NCBI GenBank assembly: GCA_964016885.1
Contig: OZ024742.1
Location: 254,944,001 to 255,008,000 of the forward strand
Source of the DNA: Eledone cirrhosa
Taxonomy: Eukaryota
Length of the DNA: 64,000 nucleotides
Direction: 5' to 3'
Numbering within the stretch: position 1 is the first letter of the stretch; each line of letters opens with the position of its first letter. Below are positions 1 to 13,748 of this stretch, piece by piece. Both the position numbers and the translations under genes were made by a program. The notes beneath the pieces are model-generated. The model ran no database searches. It was not told where the DNA came from and worked only from the letters and a program-made list of their open reading frames with translations.

Positions 1-1790
1 GAATAACATCTCTCGGGTCAAACTCCTCGCTCTCCGCTCCCTCCGTAACCGCAACGACATCGTCATCAAACCGGTGGACAAGGGAGACGCTGTGGTGGTG
101 TGGTGCGCCAACCTCTACATGGCCGAAGCCATCAGGCAGTTCCGTAACCCCTTTTCTACTGCCCCCTACCTTCCGACCCCACCCCCTCTACCAACAACAG
201 GTTTCCTCCTCCATCCAACACCTAGTCTCCTCCTCCTTCCTCCCTCTCACCGCTTGCCACCTCATCGACCGCACCCCCCGCATCCTCACCATCTACTTCC
301 TCCTCAAGATCCACAAACCCGACAACCCCGGCCGTCCCATCGTCTCCGCCTACAACTGCCCCACTCAACTCATCTCCGCATTTCTCGACTCCATCATCGC
401 CCCACTCGTCACTGCCCCCCCCCACATCTCTGACACCAACCATGCCCTTCGCCTGTTTGACTCCCTCACCTTCCCACCCGACACACACGCCCTCCTCTTC
501 ACATTCGTCATTAAGTCCCTTTACACCGTCATCCCCCATGCCGACGGCCTATGCGCCCTCTGGCACTACCTTGACCTTCGTCGTTCTCCCGTCCCCTTCA
601 CCCCAACCCTCCTTCACCTCGCCAAACTGGTCCTCACCCTTAACTGCTTCTCCTTCTCGGGCGAATTTTACTAACAGGTCACTAAGGTTGCCATGGGCAC
701 AATAATGGGCCCCAACTATGCCAACCTTTACGTTGGCCATGTTGAGGCCCAAATCTTTGCCCAATACACCGGCCCCATGCCCGAACTGTATGATCGGTAA
801 ATCGATGACTGCATCGGAGCCACGACCCTCACCCGAGAACAGCTCGACTTTCTCTCCTTCTTCCGCTTCTTCCACCCCTCCTGCCACCTCATCACCTCTA
901 TCTCCACCACCCACGTCCACTTCTTGGACATCCCATCGCCATCGACCCCTCCCACCGCTCCATTGCCACCTCCGCCTTCTTCAAACCCACCTCCTCCCAC
1001 TCCTACCTCGACTTCCCCTTCTCCCACCTTACACACTCCAGATCCACTGCCTCTGCAGCCGAGATGCTGACTTTGAGACTCAGGCCCTGTCTCTGGTCAG
1101 CCATTTCATCCGGAGATGCTACCCCCATCCCTCCCCCTCCCACGTCCACACCGCCCTCACTTGTGCCCGCACAGTCAGCCACTCCACCGCCCTCACCCCA
1201 CGTCCCCTTCCCCCTCACCTACCACCCCTATACCCTACCCATCCACTGCACCATCCTCCACCTCCTCCGACGCCTCCAGTCCGACCCCTCCACCTCCCAT
1301 CTTCCCACCCCCACCCCCCTTCAAAAGCGCGTGCAACCTGCTCGTCTGCAGCTCTCTACTCCCAACCCCCGTTCAGCCTCCGGTTCTCTTCCCTGCTCCA
1401 GACCTCGCTGCTACACCTGCCCCCTTATTACCCATACCACCACCTTCCAGGGTCCCAACGGCCACTCACTCTCTCTGTCCGGCATGCCTTCCGCTGCACC
1501 TCGTCTATGGACTTCACTACACGGAGTGCAACGCAGCCTATGTCAGAGAGACCAGACGTCACCTGGCGGATCAGGTCACGGAGCACCTCAGAGATATTCG
1601 TATAGGCGGGAGTTCCCCCATCGCCCACCACTTTGGTTTCCCTAGACACTCCACCAACAACCTCAACATCTATGGCTTGATTGAATGCCATGGAACCCCC
1701 GCAACCCTCCTTAGGGCCGAACAACACACCATCTTCACCCTCTAGACCCACACCCCTCGGTCTGAATTCCCACCCCTCTTCCTTAAGCCT
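1..1790 (+). mobile_element. Penelope-like retroelement (Neptune-type linker), degenerate RT + GIY-YIG endonuclease
   Basis: Motifs across frames: VIKPVDKGDAVVVW, KIHKPDNPGRPIVSAYNCPT, KSLYTVIPH, VAMGTIMGPNYANLYVG, *IDDC. These are followed by the linker CSRPRCYTC and GIY-YIG-like LVYGLHYTECNAAYVRETRRHLADQVTEHLRDI...PIAHHF. Multiple stops and frameshifts. Confidence 0.9.
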
Positions 1791-2929
1791 TAGACCGTCC
1801 CCCTCCCATCCCCTACACACACCCTCTATTAACACCCCTACAACACTCCCAAGATTCACCGTCCCCTCCACTTCCATCCACCCCACCTTCTGCCCCCCCC
1901 CCCCACAAATAATATATACTAACAACCTCCACGCCCTCCCCCTATCACATGCGCATCTACACCCTCAACATGCACATACACACCAGTCCATATATACGCT
2001 CACTCACACTATTCACACACTACCACCACTAACCCCCATCCATACATCCACATCCGACCACCCCACCAGTAATAATATCCCCCAGCGCACCTTCTCCATC
2101 AACACACACACACACGAGCACACACCAGCATACATACATTCACCCATACACCACCCACTCCAAACCCACACTACCACCACCATACACCCGTATATAACCT
2201 CCCCTACCACTAATAATACTAACACCCACCCTACCTCACACACACACTCATACCCAAACACACTCACACACACACCAGTACATTACACTCACTCATACTG
2301 TACCCAGCACCTCTGTCTCCCCTCGTACTAACCCCCCCCACACACCACACATCCTACTAACACCTCCACTAATATACACAACCCCCCCACACACACACCG
2401 CCACCCTCTCCCTCAACTTTTCACACTAACCCATCTCCTCTCCTGTACCGCACCTCCGCACCTCCACACACACATACCGCACACACACACAGACCATCTC
2501 TACCACTCGCCTGTCTGTCATCCTCCTAACTGCTATCTCTTCTCTCTCTCTCGCATCCTTCAGCCTGCCTTCTCCACTGCCTGCCTTGACCTTCTTGACC
2601 GCTTCCTGTTGCGCGTGCACCCCACAACTCTCTACTTCCTCTGCACCATTCCACGGATTCTACTCCACTGGGCGTACGCTCAAGACATCCACCTTCTTAT
2701 ACTCGGATTTTTTACCATCTGTCCATACACTCACCGGGAAAACATTCAGGAACACACACACACACAAACACTTACACTATTTTCGCACACACGCAAACAT
2801 ACGTTCCCACAATTCCACACCACACAAAGACACACACACACACGTGCGTATCCTCACATACACATACTTGGCCTCAGGACTCCGCATGACCCCTCCCCCC
2901 GACCCCTCCGATCCCTCTCCATTCACACG

Positions 2930-2963
<34 letters not shown>

Positions 2964-3385
2964 GACTTACACACCACCACATGTACACACTGGTTTTCCT
3001 ATTACCCGAACATGGAACCTTGTTCTTCCCCAAACTCTCACACTCACATCCACACATACACACACACGTACACCTACACACACACACCACCTTCCACCCT
3101 CCCCGCTCGGACCCCATGTCTCCTTCACCCCTCCCCATTCCATGCACCCACTACCACCCCTACATGCCTCACACCCTTTCACCACTTGTTTCATATTAAT
3201 TATTTTACTCTCATTTTAATTTTTTTTCCTTCCCCTTAAATTTCCCTCCCTTTGCATGTCTTCCCACTTTTCTCCCGATGAAGGGCTTATGCCCGAAACG
3301 GCGTCCCCCACCATCCACTCTCAAGCGTGAACCTAATACTAACACTGTTTGTACTGCACTCTTCATTAGTTTTTTTTTTTTTGTT
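1790..3385 (+). repeat. C/A-rich low-complexity 3' region and terminus of the upstream PLE
   Basis: Strongly C/A-skewed (CA)n-rich sequence that ends in a hammerhead-like motif. A similar organisation lies on the minus strand at 7800-10195. Confidence 0.65.
3272..3305 (+). ncRNA. Minimal PLE-type hammerhead ribozyme motif (U4C variant)
   Basis: CCGATGA-A-GGGC-TTAT-GCCC-GAAAC-GGC-GTC; no clear stem I. Confidence 0.65.
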
Positions 3386-5029
3386 ATATATATATATAAT
3401 CATTATCATCATCATCACTGTCATTTTAATATCTGCTTTCCTAGATAGCTAGAGTCCATATAGACCAAGGTAGTACTGAAGTGGAGCCACTGATCTCAGG
3501 ATGATATATATATATAGTATTAGTGATGTGGTAAACAGACCCAGTATACTCTGTAAAATGGTTGCTGATAGGAAGGAGTATCTAGCCATAGAAAACATAC
3601 CAAAGGGTCGGGAGGACTCTTCAATTATGCCAAAGACATGACAACCTCCCTAGTGTTAATGCTATAATAAAATGCATTCAATACATTCTGTAAAGTACTG
3701 GAACACAAGCTAGAAAGATATGGTCCCATAGCTAATCTGAGAGGTCATTGGCTTGGAAAATATACTGTTATTTGTAGTGAAGACCCTCCAGCCCATGCCA
3801 ACATAGAAAAATAAGATGTTAAATTATGATAATAAGGGTTTCTTATTTAGGCACAAGTTCAACAATATTTGGTGAAAGGGAAAGTTGATTAAATCGACAC
3901 CAGTGCATTGCTGGTACTTTATTTTATCAACCCCTTAAGGATAAAAGGTAAAGCTAACCTTGACAGGATTTGAGCTCAGAACGTTAAATTATGATAATAA
4001 TAGTGATGATGATGATGATGATGTAATGACAATAAGTCTGACCTTGAGTAATTTGTCTGAAATGAATTGCACCTTATTTCCTTTCAATATCAACGATTAT
4101 CAAGTAGTAATACTATAAGCGTATTAAGTGAGATCAGTGTGATAAATTAAAATAATATACACCAATACAGCAAGTGAAGTGTGAGAAGTTTAGTAATTAC
4201 TAAACATATGAGATTATTAACACTCTGAAATGATTGAGACGGATATTTATGATGTCTGCTGATAATAGCACATTTTTTTCTCAAGATGAATATTAGAGAT
4301 AAATTTATGACATTAACAATAATACTTGAATGAAATTAAATGATATGACATCTTAATTACAATGTTACCATTATCTAGTGAGGCATATAGGGATATTTTA
4401 AAAGTTACTTTGGTTGTATATCAGATATAAAATATCCAATTTCCAGTATAATAAAATGGAATTCTATCAGTTTTGATGATTAATGTTCCAGTTGTTTGAG
4501 CAATGGAAGAGCTTGCTTATGAAATTAATGTGCAAGTGTCTCAGCATTCCACAGACACGTGTCCCTCAACATAATTCACAGGGAGGTTTAGTGCAACACA
4601 GTATGTGATAACGCTGGCACTTTGAATTAGAGACACAGTCCACCTGACAGGATTCCAAACAATTTCTGTCTACCCCAATTTCACCCGCAAAGATTAGGTT
4701 GATCTGTAACTATGGTAAGCGATACTTGCTTAAGATACCACACAGTAGGATCAAATATGGCACACAATGTATATTTATAAAAACTTGTTTATTCAAAATA
4801 GTTATGGTTGTGTCATTTTCGTTTTTTCTTTTTTTGTATGTTTATTTTGGGGTGAACTTTTTGTTTTTGGTAGGTGTTATTTTTGCTACATTTTTTTAGT
4901 TGGTTGTATGTATTAATGACATGAAAATTTGACATAAATAACACATTTCTCTGGGTGAGAAATGATTATGGGCTAAGTAGAGTAAATATTCTGTTAGCAG
5001 AAAAATGGGTAGATATTGTTATCATAGTA

Positions 5030-5362
5030 AACAAGATTTAAAATTAATCCAGCCCTTTAATGACTAAACTAATTAGTCCAGCACCCTAATGACTGCCAAT
5101 TAATCCAGAACTTTAATGACTAAAACAATTAATCCAGCACTCTGAGGACCAAACCAATTAGTCCAGCATTCTAATGGTTGCTAATTAATCCAGCACTCTA
5201 ATGACTAAACCAATTAGTCCAGCACCCTAATGACTAAACCAATTAGTCCAACACTTTAATGACTAAACCAATTAATCCAGCACTTTAATGGCTGTTAATT
5301 AATCCCACATTCTAATGGCTGCTAATTAATCCAGCACTTTAATGACTGCCAATTAATCCAGT
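5030..5362. repeat. Minisatellite, about 28-bp unit
   Basis: Repeated AATTAATCCAGCACTTTAATGACTAAACC-like units. Confidence 0.9.
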
Positions 5363-6109
5363 GTATGACGGATGCCAGCTGTATAAAAAGTTGTGGAGCG
5401 CTCAAAGTTGATGGTAGTTATGGAGTAGGAATACACAGGAAGACTTGGGATGAGGTGATAAAAGTTGACTTTGCCCAATTTGAACATTTGTCCAGTGCAT
5501 CAATAATTCAAATTAATTGATATAACAGTTGATCAACAACATTCCATAACTCATTCCCTTAACAAATGGGTGGAGCTCGTCAAATCAAACCAAGGAAACA
5601 ATATTTTCATTGGTCTTTCTAATTCGTAAAACTATCTACCAGTCGCAAATCCAGGCAGAAGAAGCAATACAAAATAAATTGTCTTGCTCAAGGACATAAT
5701 GCATCGCCCAATCCGGGAATTTAACTCACTACCTCACGATTGCAAACCCAATTCTCTAACCATTCAGCCATGCACCTTCAAATTGATATATGTAGATATA
5801 AAGAGGGAGACAAAGGACTGTATATCTTATGAGAACACACAGTATTTTGTATATATACAAAGCATATATATCAAGGAAGAATATGTAATATAGATGGAAA
5901 AAATTATAATTCCTTATAGCGCTAATTCATGATTCCAAGGACCAGAACTTAAGATTCATCTAAGCAATCAATCATCAGAGGAATTCATCAATTATATAAA
6001 TCAAGTTGGATTGAAAATAAGCCAAATGCTGCAGACTTGATCTCCTGCACAATTTGATCCTTAATGCCAATGGCTATTGTTTGATAGTGAAACTGCTGCA
6101 AGTTTTTTC

Positions 6110-6430
6110 TCCAATCCGTTTTTCCCTGCTTGCAAGGGTGGGACGGGAACTGATTCTGGCTTGATTTCTACAGCTGGATGCCTTTCTTAACACCAACCTC
6201 ATTTACAGTGACTGCTGGGTGCTTTTTTGCCGTGGCACCTCCACGACCACTTTGCAGTGGAAAGATAAGGACCCCAGTCCCTATAATCTCATTTCTACAG
6301 CTGAGTAAACTGGAGCAATGTGAAATAAAGTGTCTTGCTCAAGGAAACAACACATCACCCGGACTGAGAATTGAACTCACAACCTTTCGATTGCAAGGCC
6401 AATGTTCTAACCACTAAGCCATGTGCCTCC
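6110..6430 (-). mobile_element. tRNA-derived SINE family B (CORE-like centre, RTE-like 3' tail)
   Basis: Reverse complement of GGCTTAGTGGTTAGAACATTGG...GAGTTCAATT...CCTTGAGCAAGACACTT...GGCATCCAGCTGTAGAAA; matches the copies at 11585 and 37150. Confidence 0.8.
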
Positions 6431-6457
6431 ATACACTTTATATATATATATTATGTC

Positions 6458-6566
<109 letters not shown>

Positions 6567-6864
6567 TGGAGAGAGAGTGTGTGTGTGAATTAGGAATTAA
6601 GGCAATTCCAGTTAATTGAGTATCAAATTATATCTGAAAGACAATACTGGTTTGTTGCTATCCCTTTCAAAATGACAAATAAATGTATATCTTTTGAAAG
6701 CATTCATAATCATAATCAAAATATAAGCAAGATATATGGAGATAATTAATGGATATAACTAGAGGAACAGTAATTTGTTCATTAATATACAATGTAGCTA
6801 TTACATTATTATGAGGGATGAAAAACTCCTGTTGATCTAGTTAGAAACATAAAATGTGTGTGTT

Positions 6865-6899
<35 letters not shown>

Positions 6900-6900
<1 letters not shown>

Positions 6901-7780
6901 AACACACTTAGCGACAAAACACAACGTCGGCACTTTAAGAATCAAGGAAACACTTTGGATCAAACGGCTAAGATCACAAATAAATAACCGATCCGAGAGA
7001 AGTGAGACGAGATGGCTGGTGTAAACAAACAAAACAACAACACACTCACACACACACACAATGGCATTCTAACCATTGTTATTGTGTGAATAGTGCGCCC
7101 ACCATCCACCGATCAACAAAGGACAACCAGTCAGACTACCAACACTGCCAGTATCAAAGACTGAATATAGGTAGTATAATGGATTGACAGCGAAACACCA
7201 TCCCACTCCCATAATAACGAGGAACTGCCTCGACCTTCGCTTGACCACAGCTATTCCGCGCGCACGCTTGCTCTACAGAATATCTCAGTTGTACACAAAC
7301 GGCGGGCAACAGAGGCCACGTACCATTCCACCGACTAAAAACTTTCCCCCTTGGAAAAACCCCCAGTTGATGGATGTGAAATCCGAAATATAGGGACAAT
7401 TAAATCTCTTCCAAGGTAACTCTATCTCGTGTTATTATTTTTACACTCTTAGGGCGGTGGATTGGCAGTATCGGTAGAGGGTCAGACACCATGCTTTCCA
7501 GCATAGTTACGTCCCTTTGCGATCTGAGTTCAAATCCCGCCGAGGTTGACTTTGCCTTTCATCCTTACGGGGTCGATAAAATAAAGTACCAGTAATGCAC
7601 TGAGTAATTGCTGGCCTTGTGCCTAAAGTAGAAACAGTTATTATTTTTACACTCTTTCCTACGTTCCTCTAAACACTATACATCTCATTCTACATTTCCT
7701 CTTACATCTCTCTCTTCACCACCGGATTCTGTTACCCGGAGATTTACCCATCTGCATTATTGAGGCTTCTAAAATGACCA
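6900..7780 (+). mobile_element. PLE 3' fragment (GIY-YIG C-terminus and 3' UTR), interrupted by a SINE
   Basis: HLATKHNVGTLRIKETLWIKRLRSQIN resembles the PLE endonuclease C-terminus. A degenerate HHR-like motif lies at about 7360-7395; (TA)n flanks both sides. Confidence 0.5.
7451..7636 (+). mobile_element. tRNA-derived SINE family A with 20-bp target site duplication
   Basis: A-box TGGCAGTATCGG, B-box GAGTTCAAATCC, body GACTTTGCCTTTCATCCTTACGGGGTCGATAAAATAAAGTACC. TSD GTTATTATTTTTACACTCTT at 7431-7450 and 7637-7656. Confidence 0.9.
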
Positions 7781-7799
7781 AATATATATATATAATAGT

Positions 7800-10195
7800 T
7801 CAAAATAGTTCAAACTTTCAAACACAGGAGTCAATAGAACATAATGTTATTAGCTTCACGCTTGGTGATAGTGGGGGGAGGTAATGACGTTTCGGTCATA
7901 AGTCCTTCATCAAGAAAGTAGGAAGGAACTCCAAGAGGGAGTGAGGAGGGCAGTAAGGAGGAAAGTTAATAGGAAGAACACGAAAGGACGGGAAAATGAA
8001 ATTAAAAATCAAAATCAAAATCAAAATCAAAATAAATAAAACAGAATTTTAAAAATATAAAAACAGAATTTTAAAAAAAAAGTGAAAATGAAGGGGATTG
8101 GGAGGGGTGTACGGGTCCGGGAAGACAGGGGTGTGGTAGGGTGTATAGGAGTGGGTGGAGGTGAAGATAAATGGTGGGGGAGGAAGAAAATCAGAGTCCG
8201 AGCAGGGATGGCGGAAGGTAAAGTATGTGTGTATGTGTAGATGTGTGTGTATGGATGTAAGTGTGAGCATCTGGAAGGAAGTGTGTGTATATGAATGTGG
8301 GTTTTGAAAAACCATTGTGTGAGTGTATGTCTGTGCATGTATAGTCCCTGTATGGGTGTTGGTGTGTATGAGTGTGTGTGGATGGAAGGGGATGGATGGG
8401 GTGAGATTGTGTCAAATCCGGAGGCAATGTGGGTGTAGATATGTATGTGTGTTTGTGTGGTTAAAAGAAGATGCGTGGTGTGTCTGTAGGTGATGTGGGC
8501 TGGTTTAAGGTGCGTGTTTGCAGAAATGATGCAAGTGTCTGTGTGTCTAAGTTTCTGAATGGATGCTGGTGTGTGTGTGTGTGGATGGTAAAGATCCAAT
8601 GGTACACCAGGTGGATTTCAACCTGAGGTAAATTCCAAGTTCAAGTAGAAGAAAATGGCCATGAGGAAGTGAGATGGTAGCGTGGCGTGCGCAACCGGAA
8701 ATGGTCAAGTTGAAAGAGTGGGGGAAGAGGGTGAGAGGGTGATGATTACAGGGCAATGTAAGAGAGGGGAGGAGTTAGTATGGACAAAACAGAACTTGGA
8801 GGGTGAGAGTGATAGTATTACTAAGTGAGCATGAAGTGTAGTTAGCTGTGTAGACAGGCAGGTGTGGGGGAGTAGAGATGGCTGAAAGTGGCATTTGTGT
8901 ATGGCGTTAAGTGTATGTGAGCATAGAAAGTGTATATGACATGCGAGGAAGTATTGTCGGTGTGTGTGGGAGGGTTCTGTCAGTCGTTGTTTGTATGGGC
9001 GGAGCTGGCTGAGATTGGTATGTGTGTATGTATGTATGGAGTTATGTGTATGTGTGTATAGAAAGCGTAGCGGACATGCGAGGGGATATTGTCGGTGTGT
9101 GTGGGACAGGTCTGTCGGTCGCTGTTTAGATATGAACATACACGTGAGTGTATATACTGGTGTGTGCGTGTACGTTTATGGTGTAAGTGCGTGTGTGTTT
9201 TTGTAGTGTAACGGTGGTAAGGTGGGGGAAAAAGGGGGAGTGTGTGTACGTTGTTGAGTGAGGGTGGTAGGTTAGTGAAGTTAGAGGTAAGTAGGGGGGT
9301 CAGTCAGGAGCTAAAGAAAGAAGGTAGGGGAGTTCAAACTGGAGGGGTGCATGTCTGTAAGGGTGGTGGTGTGAGGGGGTTGGTGGTGTTAGTGGGGTGG
9401 GGAGGTGTGTGTGGATAGAGGTTAGTGGTGATAGTAGGGAAAGTGGTGGGAGAGAAGAAGGTGCATGTGTATATACACGTGAGTGTATATACTGGTGTGT
9501 GTGTGTTTTTGAAGTGTAAGAGTGGTAATGATGAAGGAAAGGGTGGTGTTGTGAGGGGGTTAGTAGCGTTAGTGGGGTAGCAAGGTGTTGGCGTGTGTGC
9601 GTAGAGGTTAGTAGTGACAGTAGAGGGAAGTGACGAGGGAGAGGAAGGTGTGAGTGGGTGGTTGGTGTGGGAGGAAAAAAGGTTAGTGCGTTAGTGGGGG
9701 GCTCAGTGGCTTTATGGTAAGATGGGACAAAGGGGGAGTGTGTGTACGTTGGTGAATGAGGGTGGTGGTGGCAGGTTGGTGGTAAGTAGGTGGGAGTCAG
9801 TTGGAGGCTAAAGTAAGGAAGCAGGGGAGTTCAAACTGGGGGTGGTGCATGTCTGTAGTTGTAAAATTGTACGTTGTTCATCCTATGTTCAACCTAAATT
9901 GGGCATGAGGGGTTCCAGGCCATGCATTCAGGCTGCAGACGGTCAAGTTGCATGTGGAATGTCCGGTTGAGCAGAAGTGTAGGGCAATGCGGGAACACGA
10001 GCTGAGCCGGATGTTGAGGAGGTTGCGTGCACACTTGAAGGAGAGGAGGAGTGGGAGTGGAAAATGGGGGAGGTGCATGGGTTTGACTGGAGGTGTAGAA
10101 CGAGGCGTAGGATTGTTCGTGGAAGGGGTGCGGTGGCAGGGTGATGGGTAAGGAGTAAAGAGAGACAGTGGATGGGGTTAAGGGCGGTGGTGTGT
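7800..10195 (-). mobile_element. 5'-truncated PLE related to the element at 1-3385
   Basis: GIY-YIG remnant (NLLNIRLSSCSRIALHFCSTGHSTCNLTVCSL, 9878-10078), long C/A-rich tail with internal duplication, and a terminal HHR-like motif. Confidence 0.7.
7885..7913 (-). ncRNA. Degenerate minimal hammerhead motif
   Basis: Minus strand TTGATGA-A-GGAC-TTAT-GACC-GAAAC-GTC; homologous to 3272-3305. Confidence 0.5.
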
Positions 10196-10300
10196 GTGTG
10201 TGTGCTGTTTTATATATATATATAATAATTGTTTCTACTTTTGGCACAAGGCCAGCAATGCCCAGTACATTACTGGTTCTTTATTTTATATATATAATAT

Positions 10301-10359
<59 letters not shown>

Positions 10360-10364
<5 letters not shown>

Positions 10365-11200
10365 TTGAAGACTAAAATCCAAAGAGGGCTCGATAAGGAT
10401 AAATATATATCAAATATATTAAAATGTCTTACTCTACGACTCCTAACCTTGCACATAACATCACTGCTTCAAATTTAGCTAAATTACCTAGTCGTAGGAA
10501 CACATGCAACCCTGTAGCTAGTACTAACTGTAATTGTAGGAATCGGGTTGACTGAGAAATGCCTCTCTAGTAATCGGGTTGACTGGGAAATGCCTCTCTA
10601 GTAACATTGTCTACAAATGTAAGGTTGAGACACCCACGTCCCGTACGGCCTACATAGGGTTAACCGCCAATAGATTCAAGCAGCGTCTTTACATGCATAC
10701 CCATTCTTTTCTTAACCCTTTAAGAAGGAATAGGACATCACTTTCAGCTTATATCTGGAGTCTAAAAGACAACCACACCCAATATAGGTTACACCGGTAG
10801 ATCCTAGCTAAGGCTAATCGTATAACGGAAATAAAAGACCATGTGACCTGTGCGCTGCTGAAGCACTGGAAATACTCTACGCCAATGACCAAATCTTAAA
10901 CAAAAATCTGAGGCAATTTCGGCTTGTAAACATAAATTGCACAAAACTTTCCTGTATTACAGCCCCACTTTATACCCTAATGGATAGTACGAACAATACG
11001 TGGATAATTTAGGTCTTGATGTGGTAGCTAAGTATATTTTATGTTTATACCATTACTTATTTGTATAGGTAATTATATATTACCTGTATGTTTTGTGAAG
11101 GTACGTATACTTTCTCGTACGTATATTTGCTTGTATTTGTTATAGGCGTATATATTATATAAACTGGTACATGTGTATATGTTTATGTGTGTTTATGTGT
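10360..11200 (+). mobile_element. PLE 3' fragment with GIY-YIG endonuclease (Nematis-like, tentative)
   Basis: KMSYSTTPN...CNCRN...GKCLSSNIVYKCKV...YIGLTANRFKQRLYMHTHSF...TSLSAYIWSLKD...CDLCAAE; starts right after an (AAT)n tract. Confidence 0.85.
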
Positions 11201-11584
11201 GAGTCATAATCTGAGCAGAGATGAAAAGAATGGACACTGGAAAATCGGAGCCAACGGACAAACTGAAATAACTATTTTTATCATCAGCTATTTACTGGAA
11301 ATTGCAACGATTTTGGTGCAGTCATTTGGATAATATCGTTCATCTCAGTGCACCATTGGCTAACACAAATTACTTGTTGGTTATTGAAGTACAAGACAAG
11401 ACACAACAAAATAACATAGCACGAAATACAATTACATAATTCGTTCTACAAGCAAGATTAGGCAAAACTTAAACAACAGGATGCTCCAAACTGAAAACAA
11501 AACAATGAAAATAGGACAAAACACAATCTGCAACTAAAGCAGCTGTGAATGAGTACAGGAAAAACAGATCTTACATATATATTT

Positions 11585-12420
11585 TTATATGGCTTAGTGG
11601 TTAGAGCATTGGGCTTGCAATCGAAAGGTTGCGAGTTCAATTTTCGGACCGGGTGATGTGTTGTTTCCTTGAGCAAGACACTTTATTTCACATTGCTCCA
11701 GTGTACTGAGCTGTAGAAATGAGATGATAGGACAAGGGTCCCTATCATTCCACTGCAAAGTGGTCGTGGAGGTGCCACGACAAAAAAGCACCCAGCTCAC
11801 TCTGTAAAGTGGACGTGCAGGCGCAACGGAAAAAAAGCACCCAGCACTCACTGTAAATGAGGTTGGTGTTAGGAAGGGCATCCAGCTGTAGATATCAAGC
11901 CAGAATCAGTTCCTGTAAGAGCAAAACAAGGTCAGCCGACAGGACACTGCCCACAACAGGACAACCCGTCTAACCAATGCTAGCGTGGAAAAACGGACGT
12001 GAAACGGTGATGATGCTGATAATGATGTATGTATATATATATTTTATTCTGAGTTCAGTTCTCAGGGTTATGTGTTGGTTTTCTTGAGCAAGACGCTTTA
12101 TTTCACATTGCTCCAGTCTACTCAGGTGTAGAAATGAGATGATAGGGTCCCTATCATTCCACTGCAAAGTGGTCGTGGAGGTGCCACGGCAAAAAAGCAC
12201 CCAGCTCACACTGTAAAGTGAACGTGTAGGTGCCACAGAAAAATAAACATTCTCTGTAAATGAGGTTGGTGTTAAGAAGGGCATCCAGCTGTAGAAATCA
12301 AGCCAGAATCAGTTCCCGTATAACAAGGGCAGCCGACCGGACACTGCTCACAACAGGACAACCCGTCTAACCCATGCTAGCGTGGAAGAACGGATGTAAA
12401 ACGGTGATGATGATGATGAT
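11585..12420 (+). mobile_element. Two tandem SINE family B copies (11585-12025 and 12045-12420)
   Basis: tRNA-like head GGCTTAGTGGTTAGAGCATTGGGCTTGCAATCGAAAGGTTGCGAGTTCAA, shared body, and (GAT)n tails. Confidence 0.85.
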
Positions 12421-12422
12421 TA

Positions 12423-12456
<34 letters not shown>

Positions 12457-12565
12457 CTTAAGGTTTGTTGGTTCACCACTGGATAGAACTGGTTATTCCG
12501 TATGGTCAATCCTGGTGTAATATTGTGAAGAGTACTCAACGCAGTGCAGTTCACCCATCTTCGTT

Positions 12566-12618
<53 letters not shown>

Positions 12619-12623
12619 GTATG

Positions 12624-12672
<49 letters not shown>

Positions 12673-12841
12673 AAGAATTCATATCTAGTAACATATATAT
12701 ACATACAGATGCATATCAATGCTAGCAAATATATAGGTTTTGTCTTAATAACAGTGTGGTTCAATGCATGGGGTTGCAGAACAATAATATAAGAGACGTA
12801 AAATAAGAAAATTATAAAATTAACTTACTTACTAAAATATC

Positions 12842-12924
12842 ACTTCCACCTAATTAGTTTCTGGAATGGAGTAAATATATTTTCCGAAGAATAGTATGGA
12901 GAAGCATTCCGTCGTCAGGAAAGT
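12842..12924 (-). ncRNA. Type I hammerhead ribozyme, probably inactive (U16.1 mutated)
   Basis: Minus strand ACTTTC-CTGACGA-C-GGAATG...CATTCC-A-GAAACTAATTAGG-T-GGAAGT. Confidence 0.7.
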
Positions 12925-13240
12925 CTATTCTCATGTAAGTTTCCAGGCAAAGCGAGGACACTGGAAACTTATTATTATCTCCTAATTATTTGTCGAGCAA
13001 TATTGGCTATGACTGCTGCTACGGTTGTAGGCAGGCCGCTGTCTTATTAGCAAACTACTTTCCACTGATTGACCTCGATGTCACGTGTTCGATTCTTTTT
13101 GAATTTGCCACAGACGTAGAGGCAGTGATTTTCTCAATGGCTTGGAATTCAGTCCACGCTTCGCTATTTCCTATCCACTGAATTATTTTTTAATAAGTTT
13201 CCAGTGTCCTCGCTTTGCCTGGAAACTTACATGAGAATAG

Positions 13241-13323
13241 ACTTTCCTGACGACGGAATGCTTCTAAATATTATTCTTCGGAAAATATATTTACTCCATT
13301 CCAGAAACTAATTAGTTGGAAGT
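13241..13323 (+). ncRNA. Type I hammerhead ribozyme
   Basis: Stem I ACTTTC/GGAAGT, core CTGACGA, stem II GGAATG/CATTCC capped by a C-TTCG-G hairpin, GAAA, palindromic stem III ACTAATTAGT, GUU cleavage triplet. Confidence 0.85.
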
Positions 13324-13371
13324 GATATTTTAGTAAGTAAGTTAATTTTATAATTTTCGTATTTTACGTCA

Positions 13372-13448
<77 letters not shown>

Positions 13449-13457
13449 GTATGTATG

Positions 13458-13488
<31 letters not shown>

Positions 13489-13703
13489 TTCGTTTCTGAA
13501 TTTGTTTAGCAAGATTCTTTATCTGAAATCGTGTGTTGAAACCGATATTGTTATACTTTGGGAGGGTCATGTTGCCAATAAGAAACACACGCACCAGTTG
13601 CTTTCACTTCAATTTAATTTAATATATATTTATAAATTTACAAATTTATAAATTTCTGGTTGGTTGGTTGGTTCAACAACCAGATAGTTGTTTATATATA
13701 TAT

Positions 13704-13748
13704 AGTCATAGTTCTTTCGTCACACACTCTGTGACCTCTTCAGTGACT
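13704..13748 (-). ncRNA. Type I hammerhead ribozyme
   Basis: Mirror image of 13893-13937. Confidence 0.8.

Larger units (their letters stand above)
12690..13378. mobile_element. Non-coding inverted-repeat unit with two HHRs (PLE pLTR or retrozyme-like); relative of the 555-bp repeat
   Basis: About 12785-12972 is the reverse complement of about 13192-13378; (TA)n flanks both sides. Confidence 0.8.

Noticed and set aside
5030-5362. CRISPR-like short repeats
   Set aside because: The repeats are contiguous with no spacers and no cas genes; this is an ordinary minisatellite.
11591-11665. tRNA gene (Cys-like GCA anticodon loop)
   Set aside because: It is the head of a multi-copy SINE and lacks a proper acceptor stem.
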